Assembly: GCF_006345805.1 (NCBI RefSeq)
Contig: NW_021833556.1
Location: 1-29,175, forward strand
Length of the DNA: 29,175 nucleotides
From: Octopus sinensis
Lineage: Eukaryota
Reading direction: 5' to 3'
Positions 1 through 11,362 of the stretch are shown piece by piece. Position 1 is the first letter of the stretch. Each line of letters opens with the position of its first letter. The notes under the pieces are model-generated. The model ran no database searches, was not told the DNA's origin, and was given only the letters and a program-made list of their open reading frames with translations. The position numbers were made by a program, and so were the translations under genes.

Positions 1-49
1 TATGTGTGTGTGATGTGAGTGGATTACATAGGTCGAAAGATAAATAGGT

Positions 50-385
50 ACATACTTGCATACATACATAAACATACATAGATTCGTACATACACAAACA
101 TTCATACATGCATACATACATACAAAATCATACATTTATACATCATATATACATACAGACATACATGCATGCATACCTACATACATATATTCGTACAAAC
201 ATACATACATACATACATACATAAATGCATGCATACATATATAGATACATACATAAATACATACATACATAAATACATACATACATACATACATACATAC
301 ATAAATACATACATACATACATACATAAATACATACATACATACATACATACCTACCTACATACATACATACATACATACATATA
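50..385. repeat. (TACA)n tetranucleotide microsatellite, imperfect
   Basis: Direct reading; explains the HTYI/MYVC ORFs. Confidence 0.95.
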
Positions 386-433
386 AACATGGTAAATGCA
401 TGCTTCCACTCATTGTATATAAGCAGTCCGTCA

Positions 434-717
<284 letters not shown>

Positions 718-1119
718 TTTCTCTCTCGCACTCTCTTATTCTATCCCTTGCTATTTCTTTCGCATCACATCTCGCTGTTCTCTCTCTCCTCTCTCTCTAT
801 CCTTCTTCTTTTCTTTCTATTCTACTTCCCCCTCCTCATCCTCCTTCTATTTCAGCCTGCCTCTCCCTAACACCCTAATATCCATCTTCCTTTTCTTTCT
901 CTCAAACATTCTTCCATCGCCATTTCACAGTTTTAACTCCCACCTCTCCCATCCTCACTACCTTTACCCCCCCCCCCCTTTAGACTAGACGATCTCACAA
1001 TTCCCTCTCTCAACCCCCTACATCTATTACCCTACACCCACCCAACCCCCACGTTTATACAATATTTATGCGTCTGCTCCATTAACGATGACTGGGACTG
1101 CAAAACAACATCAACTACA

Positions 1120-2321
1120 GCATGATGGTGGTGGTGGTGGTGGTGGTGGTGGTGGTGCTGGATTTGGTGGTGGCGTTGGATTTTCTAGTGGTGGTGGTTG
1201 TAGTGATGGTGGTAGTGCATTTGATCGTGGTGGTGGCGTTGGTGGTGTTGGTGGTAGTGGTGGCATTGCTTGTGGTGTAGTTGGCAGTGGTGGATTTCGT
1301 AGTAATATTAGTAGTGGTGGTGGTGGTGATGGTAGTGGCAGTAGTAGTAATGGTTGTAGTGTTGGTTGTAGTGTATTTGATGGTGGTGGTGGTGGTAGTG
1401 GTGGCATTGGTTGTGCTGAGTTGGCTGGCGGTGGTAGATTTGGTAGTATAGTAGTGGTTGGTGGTGGTGGTGGTTGTAGTGTTGGTTGTAGTGTATTTGA
1501 TGGTGGTGGTGGTGGTAGTGGTGGCATTGGTTGTGCTGTAGTTGGCGGTGGTAGATTTGGTAGTAATAGTAGTGGTGGTGGTGGTGGTGGTTGTAGTGTT
1601 GGTAGTGGTGTATTTGATTGTGTTGGTGGTGGTGTTGTTGGTGGTGTTGGATGGTAAGTTTATTGTTGGTGGTTGCGGTGGTTATGATGGCTATGGTGGT
1701 TATGGTATTGGCGGTGTTTTGTAAGGTTGTTGTGTTGGTGGTAGTGGTGTTAGTTGTAGTGGTTTGGTTTTGGTTGCAGTGGTGGTGTTGGTGCTGCTGC
1801 TGCTGGCGTTGCTGACGTCGATGATGCTGATGGTAGTGATGGTGGTTTTGTTTGTACAGATGGTCATGGTGAGGGAAACTCTAATATTATTAGTATTGAT
1901 GAAGTTTATATTGGCAGTGATGGCCACGGAAGCAAAGCACATAATGATGGAAACTATAATGGTAACATTGATGGTAATTGTGATGGTTGCAGTGGTGGTG
2001 GTGGTGGTGATGGTGGTGGTGATGGCGTTAGTGATTGTGGTGTTGGCTGTGGTGGTGATTACCACAGCAGCAATTGTCGCAATCATAGTATGGGTAACAG
2101 TATCAGGGGTGGCGGTATTAGCGATAGCATGAGGATGATGGTGGTGATGGTGGGATGGGGGGGGGGTGACGATGTCACTGACCATTATAGTTTCAGTGGT
2201 AGTAGAGGTGGTGCTAACAATAGTATTGGTGATGGCAACAGTTATAATGGTGATGGTGATCAATCGCTGTGGTCTCGGATTTAATGACTATGGTTTTGGT
2301 GGTAGTAGTAGTAGTGGTAGT

Positions 2322-2378
<57 letters not shown>

Positions 2379-3290
2379 CAGCAGCAGCAGTGCTGGAAGT
2401 GATAGTGGCGGTCATTGTGGTTTTAGTGGTAACAAAGGTTGTGATTGTGCTGGTGGCAGTGGTAATAATTGAGGTTGTCTTTATGAACAGGATTGTAGGG
2501 GAGATGGCGATGTGCCCGACGATGGTTGTGGTAATGGTATTGGTGGTAGGGATGCTGGTGGTAGTGGTAGTGGTAGTGTTAGTGGTATTCACGTTAATGT
2601 TTGTTGGTTTGCTGCAGGTCGATTCTGAAGTGGATCCGGTGGTAGTTGTGCTCATTGTGTGTGGGGGGGTTACAGTAGTAGTTTTGGTGGCGATAGTAGT
2701 GGCGGAGGTACTGATGGTGATGGTGGTGGTGCATGTGTTTGTGGAGGCTGTAGTGTTTTTGGTGGTGATGGTGGTTGTAGCTGTAGTGCTGCTGCTGCTG
2801 CTTGTGGTGGTGGTGTTTGTTGTAGTAAGTACCATTGATGGTAGCTGTTATATTCGTGGTGGTATGTCGTAGTGCTAACGCTGGTGGTGTCATTACCAGT
2901 AATGGTATTTAATATATTGGTGATGGTGGTGTGGTGGCGGTAGTAGTAGTTGTTGTTGGTGATGGTGATGGTGGAAGTGGTAGTCATGATGCTGGTGGCC
3001 GCTTCTGTGGAGGCGACGGTGCCGATAGTGGTCATAGTGGTGGTGGTAATACCACTGGTGGTCGGGGTGCTGGTAGTGATGGGGATGTGGTCGTCGTCGA
3101 GGTGTTGGTGGCGATGCATAGTTGGTGGTGGGCATCGATGGCTATATAGACTCGTCAATGGTGATGGCATCGATGGCTCATACGAATCCTCACAGGGAGG
3201 GCTGCTGGCAGTAGCGGTAGTGGTTAAGCAGCAATACTCCATATTGTAATGGTCTTAGAGGCAACGATGGTAGTAACGGTGATCGCCCCA
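1120..3290. repeat. GGT/AGT/GAT-rich cryptic trinucleotide low-complexity region, with a ~120-bp higher-order repeat at 1195-1650
   Basis: tggttgtagtgttggttgtagtgtatttgatggtggt... recurs exactly at 1351 and 1471, with variants at ~1195 and ~1588. Pure (AGT)n at ~2323-2373. Confidence 0.9.
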
Positions 3291-3610
3291 CCACCAAAGA
3301 TGTTATAATGCAAACCAGAACCGCAACCTTTTAATAGCTTTTTATTTGGGGCAGCCACCCCAAGAACCATAATCATAATGATAAAGAAAAAAACAAAAAA
3401 CAAAAAGAAAAACTGTCTTCCATTACGAACCATTCCATAACCATTCAACACAAAATATCGAAACGAAAACTAATGCCATTCCGATTACGCCCTGTGGCAT
3501 CCAGCTAAATGTTGGTCGGGGCATTTTAGCAAAGATTGAGCAAAGATTGCAAAGATTTTCCATTTTACAGCAGGCTTCATTTCCGGTGAAGGTCCGCAGC
3601 CACGGGGAGA

Positions 3611-3611
<1 letters not shown>

Positions 3612-3657
<46 letters not shown>

Positions 3658-3675
3658 TCATCATTACCGACGTCG

Positions 3676-3740
<65 letters not shown>
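3612..3740. repeat. (AAT)15 and (ATT)21 in inverted orientation around a 21-bp spacer
   Basis: AAT run 3612-3656, spacer atcatcattaccgacgtcgtc, ATT run 3678-3740. Confidence 0.95.
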
Positions 3741-4330
3741 TAAACAACATGACTATAACAAGAGAGAACAAGCAAATTTTCGTTGCAGGCGGTTTGGGAC
3801 GTTTTAGCTGGGGAGCGAATCAGAAAGTAACAAACATATTGAAAAATAGAAAAATAAATAGATAAATAAATTATGATGATCATCATCATGATGAACATGA
3901 TGATAGGAATAAAAAAAAAATAAATAATAACAACGATAACAATTTTCTCCATTGTCACCAGAACATAAGATTTGTATTAATATTGTAAACAATGTATATA
4001 AACCCTCTGGTAGGAAAATACGAAATATATCTTAAAATGTGGACGCGTAATTACGTGTGTGTGTGTGTGTGTTGATATACATAAATATGTATCTACACAC
4101 ACATATAAATATGTACATATATATATATATATATGTGTGTATATACATTTATAATTATATACATATATATATATGCAAATGTATGTACGCAATGTATATG
4201 TGTTTATGTATGGATATATATTATATGTACATGTGAGTGTGTGGGTGTATATATAATACTATAATCCATTGAGGTATTATAAATCCCTAAGTGTTCATAG
4301 TTACTTTATATTAAACACATATATTATTAA

Positions 4331-4367
<37 letters not shown>

Positions 4368-4435
4368 CACGCAAGGCCTCAAATTCCAAATATGGTGATA
4401 GCACTTTATCTTCTCTCTCCATAAATGTTTATTTC

Positions 4436-4570
4436 AGATTTTGGCACAAGGCCAGCAATTTCGGCACACGCGATTGCATCAACCCTCGGGCTCAGCTGGT
4501 ACTTTTCTATATCGAATCCGAAAGTATGAAAAAGCAAAGTCGACTTCGGCGGACTTTGAACACGGAAGAA
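4436..4570 (-). mobile_element. SINE family A fragment, diverged
   Basis: ggcacaaggccagcaattt...tggtac...atcgaatccgaaagtatgaaaaagcaaagtcgacttcggcgg matches the reverse complement of the copy at 16674. Confidence 0.8.
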
Positions 4571-4604
4571 TATAAAGACGACCGAATTTTCATTAAACAT
4601 ATTG

Positions 4605-4719
4605 TTTTCTACTCTAAGCACAAGGCCTGAAACTTTGGGGGAGGGGCCAGTCTTATTAGATCGACACCAGAACGCAACTAGTACTTAATTTATCGACCCC
4701 GAAAGGATGAAAGACAAAG
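4605..4719 (-). mobile_element. SINE family A 3' half, abutting the Penelope-like fragment
   Basis: gcacaaggcctgaaa...agtacttaatttatcgaccccgaaaggatgaaagacaaag; similarity stops at 4719. Confidence 0.85.
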
Positions 4720-5303
4720 CCCAACTCATGGTATGATAGCCACAAATACCAGAGTGTCATGTTCGTCGACACCGCCCCTAGAGGTGAGCTGGCGTACCGC
4801 TTTAGAAGGGCCCTAGACAAACTTAAGCTAAGAATAAGGGTTGTTGAAAGGCTAGGCAACCCTATCAAATCCCTAATCGGTAGAACCTACCCTTTTAGTA
4901 GAACCCCCTGTACTGATGAGAACTGTACTGTATGTATATTTAGCCCACAAACAAACTATAAAGCCAAAAATGTAGTCTATATTATAAGATGTACAGAGGG
5001 ACGGTGCAGTCACAAGACAACGACATACGTAGGGGAAACAGCACGGAGCACAGGAGAGCGGATAACTGAGCATTGGAGGGAACTTAAGGAAGAGAAGACC
5101 TCATCGGTTCTGTACCAGCATGTCGAGCAGGAACACGGGGGCTCACTCAACAACATAGAAGTTAAAATCTTGTCCACATAGAACAGGCGCAGCGCTTAGA
5201 CAAATTAATAGAAGATAAACCTAGCCCGAATAGAAAACTGGAATGGAACAACAGCACACACCCCGAACACACCACAACATATGAAAGAATAAGATCCCCA
5301 TAA
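4720..5303 (+). pseudogene. Penelope-like retroelement, C-terminal part: Cys-rich linker and GIY-YIG endonuclease; 5'-truncated and frameshifted
   Basis: Reads SWYDSHKYQSVMFVDTAPRGELA...VVERLG...YPF..CTDENCTVC...NVVYIIRC..C...YVGETARS..ERITEH...LYQHVEQEH. After a frameshift near 5178 it continues HRTGAALRQI, and after a further break EDKPSPNRKLEW, with a stop at 5301-5303. VVY/YVG, the R..EH motif and CCHH are the PLE GIY-YIG hallmarks. The RT domain is absent. Confidence 0.9.
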
Positions 5304-5692
5304 ACTGATAACAATATGAAAAAAATAGAATACAATACACGGAAAAACAAATGGAATTGAATAACTATATACGTTAACAAAATTAAATTAAATTAAATAT
5401 AAAAAAAAGAAAGAATAAAAAAAATAAGTACGTATAAACACATGAACAAAACAATTAAAAACAAATTAAACGAACGTGTATAAACAGGTGATACAGATAA
5501 TACAGGCACTTCCCCTCCTCCCCCACACACACGCACACGCACACAAACACGCACACATACGCACTTACTAAACACAGACACACATAGGAGTACACGCATA
5601 CGCAAATAATGGTACATACAATAGGAATACAAAATACAAAATGGTTGATCATTAGTAAGGAAACACACACAAATAAGAAAGAAGAAAGCAAA

Positions 5693-5737
5693 GGACCACT
5701 GATGAGGTCACAGAAGTGTGACGAAAGAACTCTGGCC
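5693..5737 (+). ncRNA. Minimal type I hammerhead ribozyme motif in the presumed 3' pLTR of the Penelope-like element
   Basis: gg(a)cca-CTGATGA(5699-5705)-G-GTCACA-gaag-TGTGAC-GAAA(5723-5726)-g-aa-c-TC-tggcc. Both catalytic core strands are present, with a perfect 6-bp stem II, a very short stem III and a bulged 5-bp stem I. Same strand as the GIY-YIG ORF and ~400 bp downstream of it. Confidence 0.8.
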
Positions 5738-5869
5738 GAAATACGATTAATGTAAAAAATAAAATAAAGCTGAAGCAAATTAACACCAAATATATAGTGG
5801 CTAAACTGGCAATATGACCATTCCCAAAAGCAACAATAATAATAAGCATATCTTTATATCTTTAACTGG

Positions 5870-6175
5870 GCCCTATCGGTTAAGACGAAGACGTCTGATG
5901 ATCTGATTTGAAATTAACGCGCAATTGGCTGAACGCCCCAAAGACACATGTACCCTTAAGGTATTGCTCAGGGAGATTCAGCATGACATACAATGTGACA
6001 ATGTGACAAGTTATGGCCCTTTGAAAGACAGGTACAACTCATGTTTCCTATCTGAATAGACTCGTGCAACGTGAAATAGATTGTCTTGTTCTAGAACACA
6101 CTGCACCGCCGAGTACCGAACACACGACCTAAAGATCGTGAGCCGAATACCCTAACCACTGATCCACGTGCCTCC
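5870..6175 (-). mobile_element. tRNA-derived SINE, family C-related, diverged
   Basis: Minus-strand head ggaggcacgtggatcagtggttaggg. The body tgaaattaacg...cccttaa...ttcagcatgaca...aggtacaac is shared with 7236-7624. Confidence 0.8.
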
Positions 6176-6288
6176 AAGCAAATCCTTCACTATCAGTAGA
6201 AATATAGAATCTACAAGATCCATAAGTATTTGGCCACAGAATGAGGATCTAACCAGATGCAGATTATGATTTGTTAAGAAAGTTGATA

Positions 6289-6531
6289 GGCGTAGGAGTG
6301 GCTGTGTGGTAAGTAGCTTGCTTACCAACCACATGTTCCGGGTTCAGTCCCACTGTGTGGTACCTTGGGCAAGTGTCTTCTACTATAGCCTAGGGCTGAC
6401 CAAAGCCTTGTGAGTCGATTTGGTAGACAGAAACTGAAAGAAGCTCGTCGTATATATGTATATATATATGCATGTGTGTATATATGTTTGTGTGTCTGTG
6501 TTTGTTCCCCCAACATCGCTTGATAACCGAT
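6289..6531 (+). mobile_element. tRNA-derived SINE family B, 5' part (CORE-like ccttgggcaagt motif)
   Basis: ggcgtaggagtggctgtgtggtaag (A-box-like), gggttcagtccc (B-box-like), internal TA/TG repeat; related copies at 16895 and 24618. Confidence 0.9.
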
Positions 6532-6532
6532 T

Positions 6533-6709
6533 CTTAGCGGTATTGAGTTTGCCACTACGTTCTGAGTTCAAATTCCGCCGAGGTCGACTTTGCCTTTTAT
6601 CCTTTTGGGGTCGATAAATTAAGTACCAGTTACGCACTGGGGTCGATATAATTGACTTAATCTGTTTGTCTGTCCTTGTTTAGCCCCTTGTGGGCAGTGA
6701 AAAATAGGG
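6533..6709 (+). mobile_element. SINE family A lacking its first ~40 nt, joined directly to family B
   Basis: cttagcggtat...gagttcaaattccgccgaggtcgactttgccttttatccttttggggtcgataaattaagtaccag. Confidence 0.9.
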
Positions 6710-6857
6710 AACTTGAACTCTGAGTATACACTTTAATCGCTCTGCCTATTCGCCTCTAAATTTGTTTTGGATTCCGTAGAGAATGAAAGGTAAAGATGAC
6801 CAAGATGGGACTCATTACTTAGATGTTCAAATCAAAATAATGCCACATTTAATTATT

Positions 6858-7205
6858 GTTTCTAATTTAAGCACGAGGTCAATAATTTTGGTCGGAGGGG
6901 GGGGGATTAGTCGCTACCATCGACCCTAGCACATGACTGGTACTCTATATTATCAGACGCTAAAAAGGCTAAAAAGTTGACCGCAGCAGGATTTGGCCTT
7001 ATGACGTAAATACCTAGAATTAATAGCTCGAGGTTCTGGCGATTCCGCTAATCCACCAAGCTATCAACGCCTTTCGAACAAAATTCCAAAGCTGCAACAT
7101 TTGGAAGGAGAGCAGAGGCGATTAAATAGATGCTACTACTTGATTGCCAATCATTATATCGATCCCAGGGAAGAATGAAAGGCAAAGGTGACCTCAACCA
7201 GATGA
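6858..7205 (-). mobile_element. Two heavily diverged SINE family A remnants
   Basis: gcacgagg...atcgaccctagc...gactggtact...aaagttgacc, and atcgatccc...gaatgaaaggcaaaggtgacctc. Confidence 0.6.
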
Positions 7206-7235
7206 ACCATAAAACTAAGATTGCTAAACAGAAAT

Positions 7236-7624
7236 GGAGTGGAAGCACTCCGTCGGTTACGACGATGAGGGTTCCGGTTGATCCGAATCAACGGAACAGC
7301 CTGCTCGTGAAATTAACGTGTAAGTGGCTGAGCACTCCACAGACACGTGCACCCTTAACGTAGTTCTCGGGGATATTCAGCGTGACACAGAGAGTGACAA
7401 GGCCGGCCCCTTGAAATACAGGTACAACAGAAACAGGAAGTAAGAGTGAGAGAAAGTTGTGGTGAAAGAGTACAGCAGGGATCACCACCATCCCCTGCCG
7501 GAGCCTCGTGGAGCTTTTAGGTGTTTTCGCCCAATAAACACTCACAACGCCAGGTCTGGGAATCGAAACCGCGATTCTATGACCGCGTGTCCGCAGCCCT
7601 AACCACTGGGCCATTGCGCCTCCT
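7236..7624 (-). mobile_element. Full-length tRNA-derived SINE family C with an 11-bp target-site duplication
   Basis: Minus-strand head ggaggcgcaaTGGCCCAGTGGttagg...GGTTTCGATTCCC (A and B boxes). taaacagaaat occurs at 7225-7235 and 7625-7635. Confidence 0.92.
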
Positions 7625-7949
7625 TAAACAGAAATAGCATTACATCTGTTGTGGTTTAGCATAGGTCAGCTCTGACTGTGCAGGCATATGATCAAAGGTA
7701 TTCCAGCTAGGACCATCTTTGCATTTAGATGTTTCTACGTCACATCATCCAACGCGTCCTTCAGTAGTTCAAGTGATTTGAGGGACATCTGGCTGATATT
7801 TTTCGTAGGTCGGAGAACTACGCTGAGACTTCCTAATTTGTTCATTGCAATCATTTAAAAATACGGTCTGCAATAATAGGGCCTCATATTTGGGGCTGAG
7901 TCAATGGAACCAGTACTTAAACTGGCAGTGATTTTATACAACGAATGAA

Positions 7950-8629
7950 TGATGATGATGATGATGATAATAATAATAATAATCCTTTCTACTGGAAGCA
8001 CAAGGCCTCAAATTCGGGAGAAGGGATTAAGTCGATTTTATCGAAAGGATGAAAGGCAAAGTCGATCTCGGCGGAATTTGAACCCAGAACGTAAGGTGGG
8101 ACGAAATGCCGCTAAACATTTTGCTCGGTGTGCTAAAAATATCCATAATGATGAAGATGATAATAATGATAATAATAATCCTTTCTACTATAGGCACAAA
8201 CGCTGAATTTTGGGGAGGATGATAGTCGATTAAATTGAACCCAATACTCAGTTGGTACGTATTTTATATCGACCCCGAAAGGATGAAAGGCAAAGTTGAC
8301 CCCAGAGGAATTTGAACTCAGAAAGTAAGGACGGATGAAATGCTGCTAAGCATTTTGCCTAGCGTGCTAACAATGATGATGATGATGATGATAATAAAAA
8401 TAATAATAATAATAATCCTTTCTACTGGAAGCATAAGGTCTCAAATTTTGGGGAAGAGATTAAGTCAATTACATCGACTCCAGTGTATAACTGGTACTTA
8501 TTTAATCGTCCACGAAATAATGAAAACCAAAGTCAACATCGGCAGAATTTGAACTCAGAACGTGAGGATTGACGAAAAGCCGCAAAGCATTTTGCTCGGT
8601 GTGCTAACAATTCTGCCAGCTCGCCGCTC

Positions 8630-8692
<63 letters not shown>

Positions 8693-8730
8693 CAATAATA
8701 ATAACAACAACAACAATAACAATAATAATA
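7950..8730 (-). mobile_element. Head-to-tail array of three SINE family A copies separated by (GAT)n(AAT)n tails
   Basis: Units start aatcctttctact at ~7981, ~8177 and ~8413, and each contains gaaa-gcaaagt-gac...gaatttgaac. Only the last reaches ctgccagctcgccgc (8628); (AAT)n follows. Confidence 0.9.
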
Positions 8731-9609
8731 GATGTGACATTATTAATTGAGGTCATGGTAATTGTCTGGATTGTCGTGGTGGCGGTGGTGGTTGTGGTTG
8801 TGGTGGCGGTGGTGGTGGTTGTGGTGGCGATGGTGGTAGTGGTGGTTGTGATTATGGTGGTGGTTTTGCTTTGTTTTTGGTGGTGGTCATCGTTGGCATT
8901 GTGTTGGTGGTGAAGCATAAGTGGTGGTGGTGGTAGGAGTTTTGTCAGTGGTGAAGGCGTCGATGGCGCAAAAGAATCTACACAGGGGGTCGGTAGTGGT
9001 GGGGGGGTTGAGGTGGGGATGGGACAATAGGAAAGAATAGGGACGGCAGATCGATGGAAACGGTGGGAACGGTGGAAACGGCGGGACGACCGTGGCGAAG
9101 AAGTAGCGGGGGAGAGCATGTGGCGCGGAGGTTGTCGCTATGCATGTGAGAAAGCTACAACAACAATGTAAAGAAACTTGAATAGAATCATATATATTCC
9201 ATTACAATGACTGTACGGAAAGCCGCTTCCTTACTATTGAGGTAATTCAATATGATTTACTCAAATACATAAATGGTGAGCGCAGAAAACTCCCGGAGGA
9301 ACGGTGAGGTTGTTGCTTTGGAGGGTTGTAGTAGCCCCAGGGCAAAATAATGCAAAGGACACAACGCAATGGCTGCAATACAGGAAGCAAGTCTCACTAA
9401 GAGGCAAAGCAATATACGCAAGCCGAGAGAATTCATAGGTAATCGTCACATTTAATCGAATCGTTCTGGCTGTTGTATGTACCTGTACTAACACTATTGG
9501 GGCCCCGAGGGGTCAGTCGGTTGCTCCATTGCATGCTCTCTATGCTCCATGATTCTCACATTATTTATTTTGCTTTCCTTTATGTTTCTTTTATTCCATA
9601 TTATTCTTA

Positions 9610-9645
9610 TCACTATTATTATTATTTTCATTGTTGTTGTTGTTG

Positions 9646-9701
<56 letters not shown>

Positions 9702-9795
9702 ATTATTATCATTGCTATTGTTGAAGTTGTTGTTGCTGTTATTATTATTATTATTGTCTTTGTTGTTATTGTTATCGTTATTATTATTATTATTA

Positions 9796-9839
<44 letters not shown>

Positions 9840-9860
9840 CATTATTATCATTATTATCAT
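9610..9860. repeat. (ATT)n/(GTT)n microsatellite
   Basis: Direct reading. Confidence 0.95.
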
Positions 9861-10694
9861 TCGTGTTTCTTTTCTTTCCGTTTGTTTATTCTTCTTGCCT
9901 TTTTAATCATATCAAGTCATAAATGAAATCATATTCTTCCTGAGACGCTGTCATTTGTATTGACCAGTGAAAAGAAACTGGAGGCATTCTGCTTAAGAAG
10001 CCACGGATCTCGAGTCCTGAGGGGCTTATCACTTAACGTCGCGGCCATTTTGTTTTGCTTTTTGCGCTTGCTTTCTTTTTACTTTTATTTGCACTATGGT
10101 CGATTCTCCGTTTCAGCCTCTTTACAATTTATGTCTAAGCTCTTTCCTTCACCTCTTTCTTCCTGTTTGTGCATATATATTTTATTCTGTCTCTATATAA
10201 CATTATTTCACTTTATGATTTTAGCTCCCTTGTCTTTCTGTAGGTTTTCGAATTCCTTCTCCTACTCTCAGTCATGCCTTCTCTTTCAGGATTTCTTGAT
10301 GCTTCTATGCATTCATCACTTTCTGCTTCTCTGTACTTCAGTCTTTCATATTATCTCTCCCCACACTCTCTCTCTCTCTCCCTCTCTCTCTCCATCAACA
10401 TATACACTTTCTAAATCATTTCTTCACTTTGTCTCCCTCACATTCTCCCTTTGTCTTTCTCTCTCATCATCCGTTTCCCACTTCGATACTTTACCTGCTT
10501 TCTATGTCTCTCTCCCTCTCTCACTCTACCTTCTTCTTTCTCTTTCTATCTAAAAAAGAAAGTTTATTCCTTTATTTTTTCCTTTAATTCTGTTTTTATA
10601 TCATTCTATATATCAGAATCTCTCAACATTATTTTAAACTACTTTTGTTTCTCGATCATTATTTTATTTACTTCAATGTGTGTGAGTGTGCATA

Positions 10695-10732
10695 TGATAT
10701 ATAATATAATATATAATATATAATATAATATA

Positions 10733-10790
<58 letters not shown>
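10695..10790. repeat. (TATAA)n/(TA)n microsatellite
   Basis: Direct reading. Confidence 0.95.
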
Positions 10791-10791
<1 letters not shown>

Positions 10792-11362
10792 CTTGAAGGT
10801 TACCGATTTTCTACACTTGGATCCCTGAATCTTACCCTTGTATATCGATATAGCAATATGTTTGTATCTGTATGTGTTAGTGAGTGTGTATTTGAATGCA
10901 TCAATGAATACGTACGTATGTGTTGTTTTACTTATTTGTAAGGTAAACAGAAACGCATGGAACCCGAACCACGGTATCGTTCATTCGGCCTTATGGTTAT
11001 TTTGGTACACATCGTCCGATTACGAAGAAATCACTAATATTCTCTACTTTCCAAGTTACACCCAAATCACTTTTGATAAGATCATTTTGCAAATGTTGGT
11101 AAACATTCTGAAAACTATTTTCCAGTTATTCAGTTTGATTAAGACTGATTTGCTGTTATGTATTGTGACGTTATGTTCGAGCTGCTGTCTGTAAGAGTGG
11201 ATCAAAGTATTGTAGTGGATATGCTGGTATTTCGGGAATATCTCATGGCTTGACGACCGTGCCCTGTATTGTTACCGGCAAACATTTGGCAAGACATAGC
11301 AACGGCTCGGCCACTTCCCAGATACGACGAAGTCATGGGATTGTTGTTGTTATTGCTGTTGT

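Noticed and set aside
5304-5830. SECIS element for a selenoprotein PLE
   Set aside because: There is no in-frame TGA in the retained coding part and no SECIS fold was evident by eye.
5895-5915. Second hammerhead (ctgatga...gaaa)
   Set aside because: No convincing stem II or stem I, and it lies in a decayed SINE body aligning to 7250-7315.
7550-7623. tRNA gene (also 6289, 11800-11873, 16674)
   Set aside because: The A/B boxes run into SINE bodies with TSDs and multiple diverged copies, so these are SINE heads.
9960-10553. 197-aa hydrophobic ORF
   Set aside because: Non-ATG start; the F/L/S bias comes from a CT-rich tract that lacks stops for compositional reasons.
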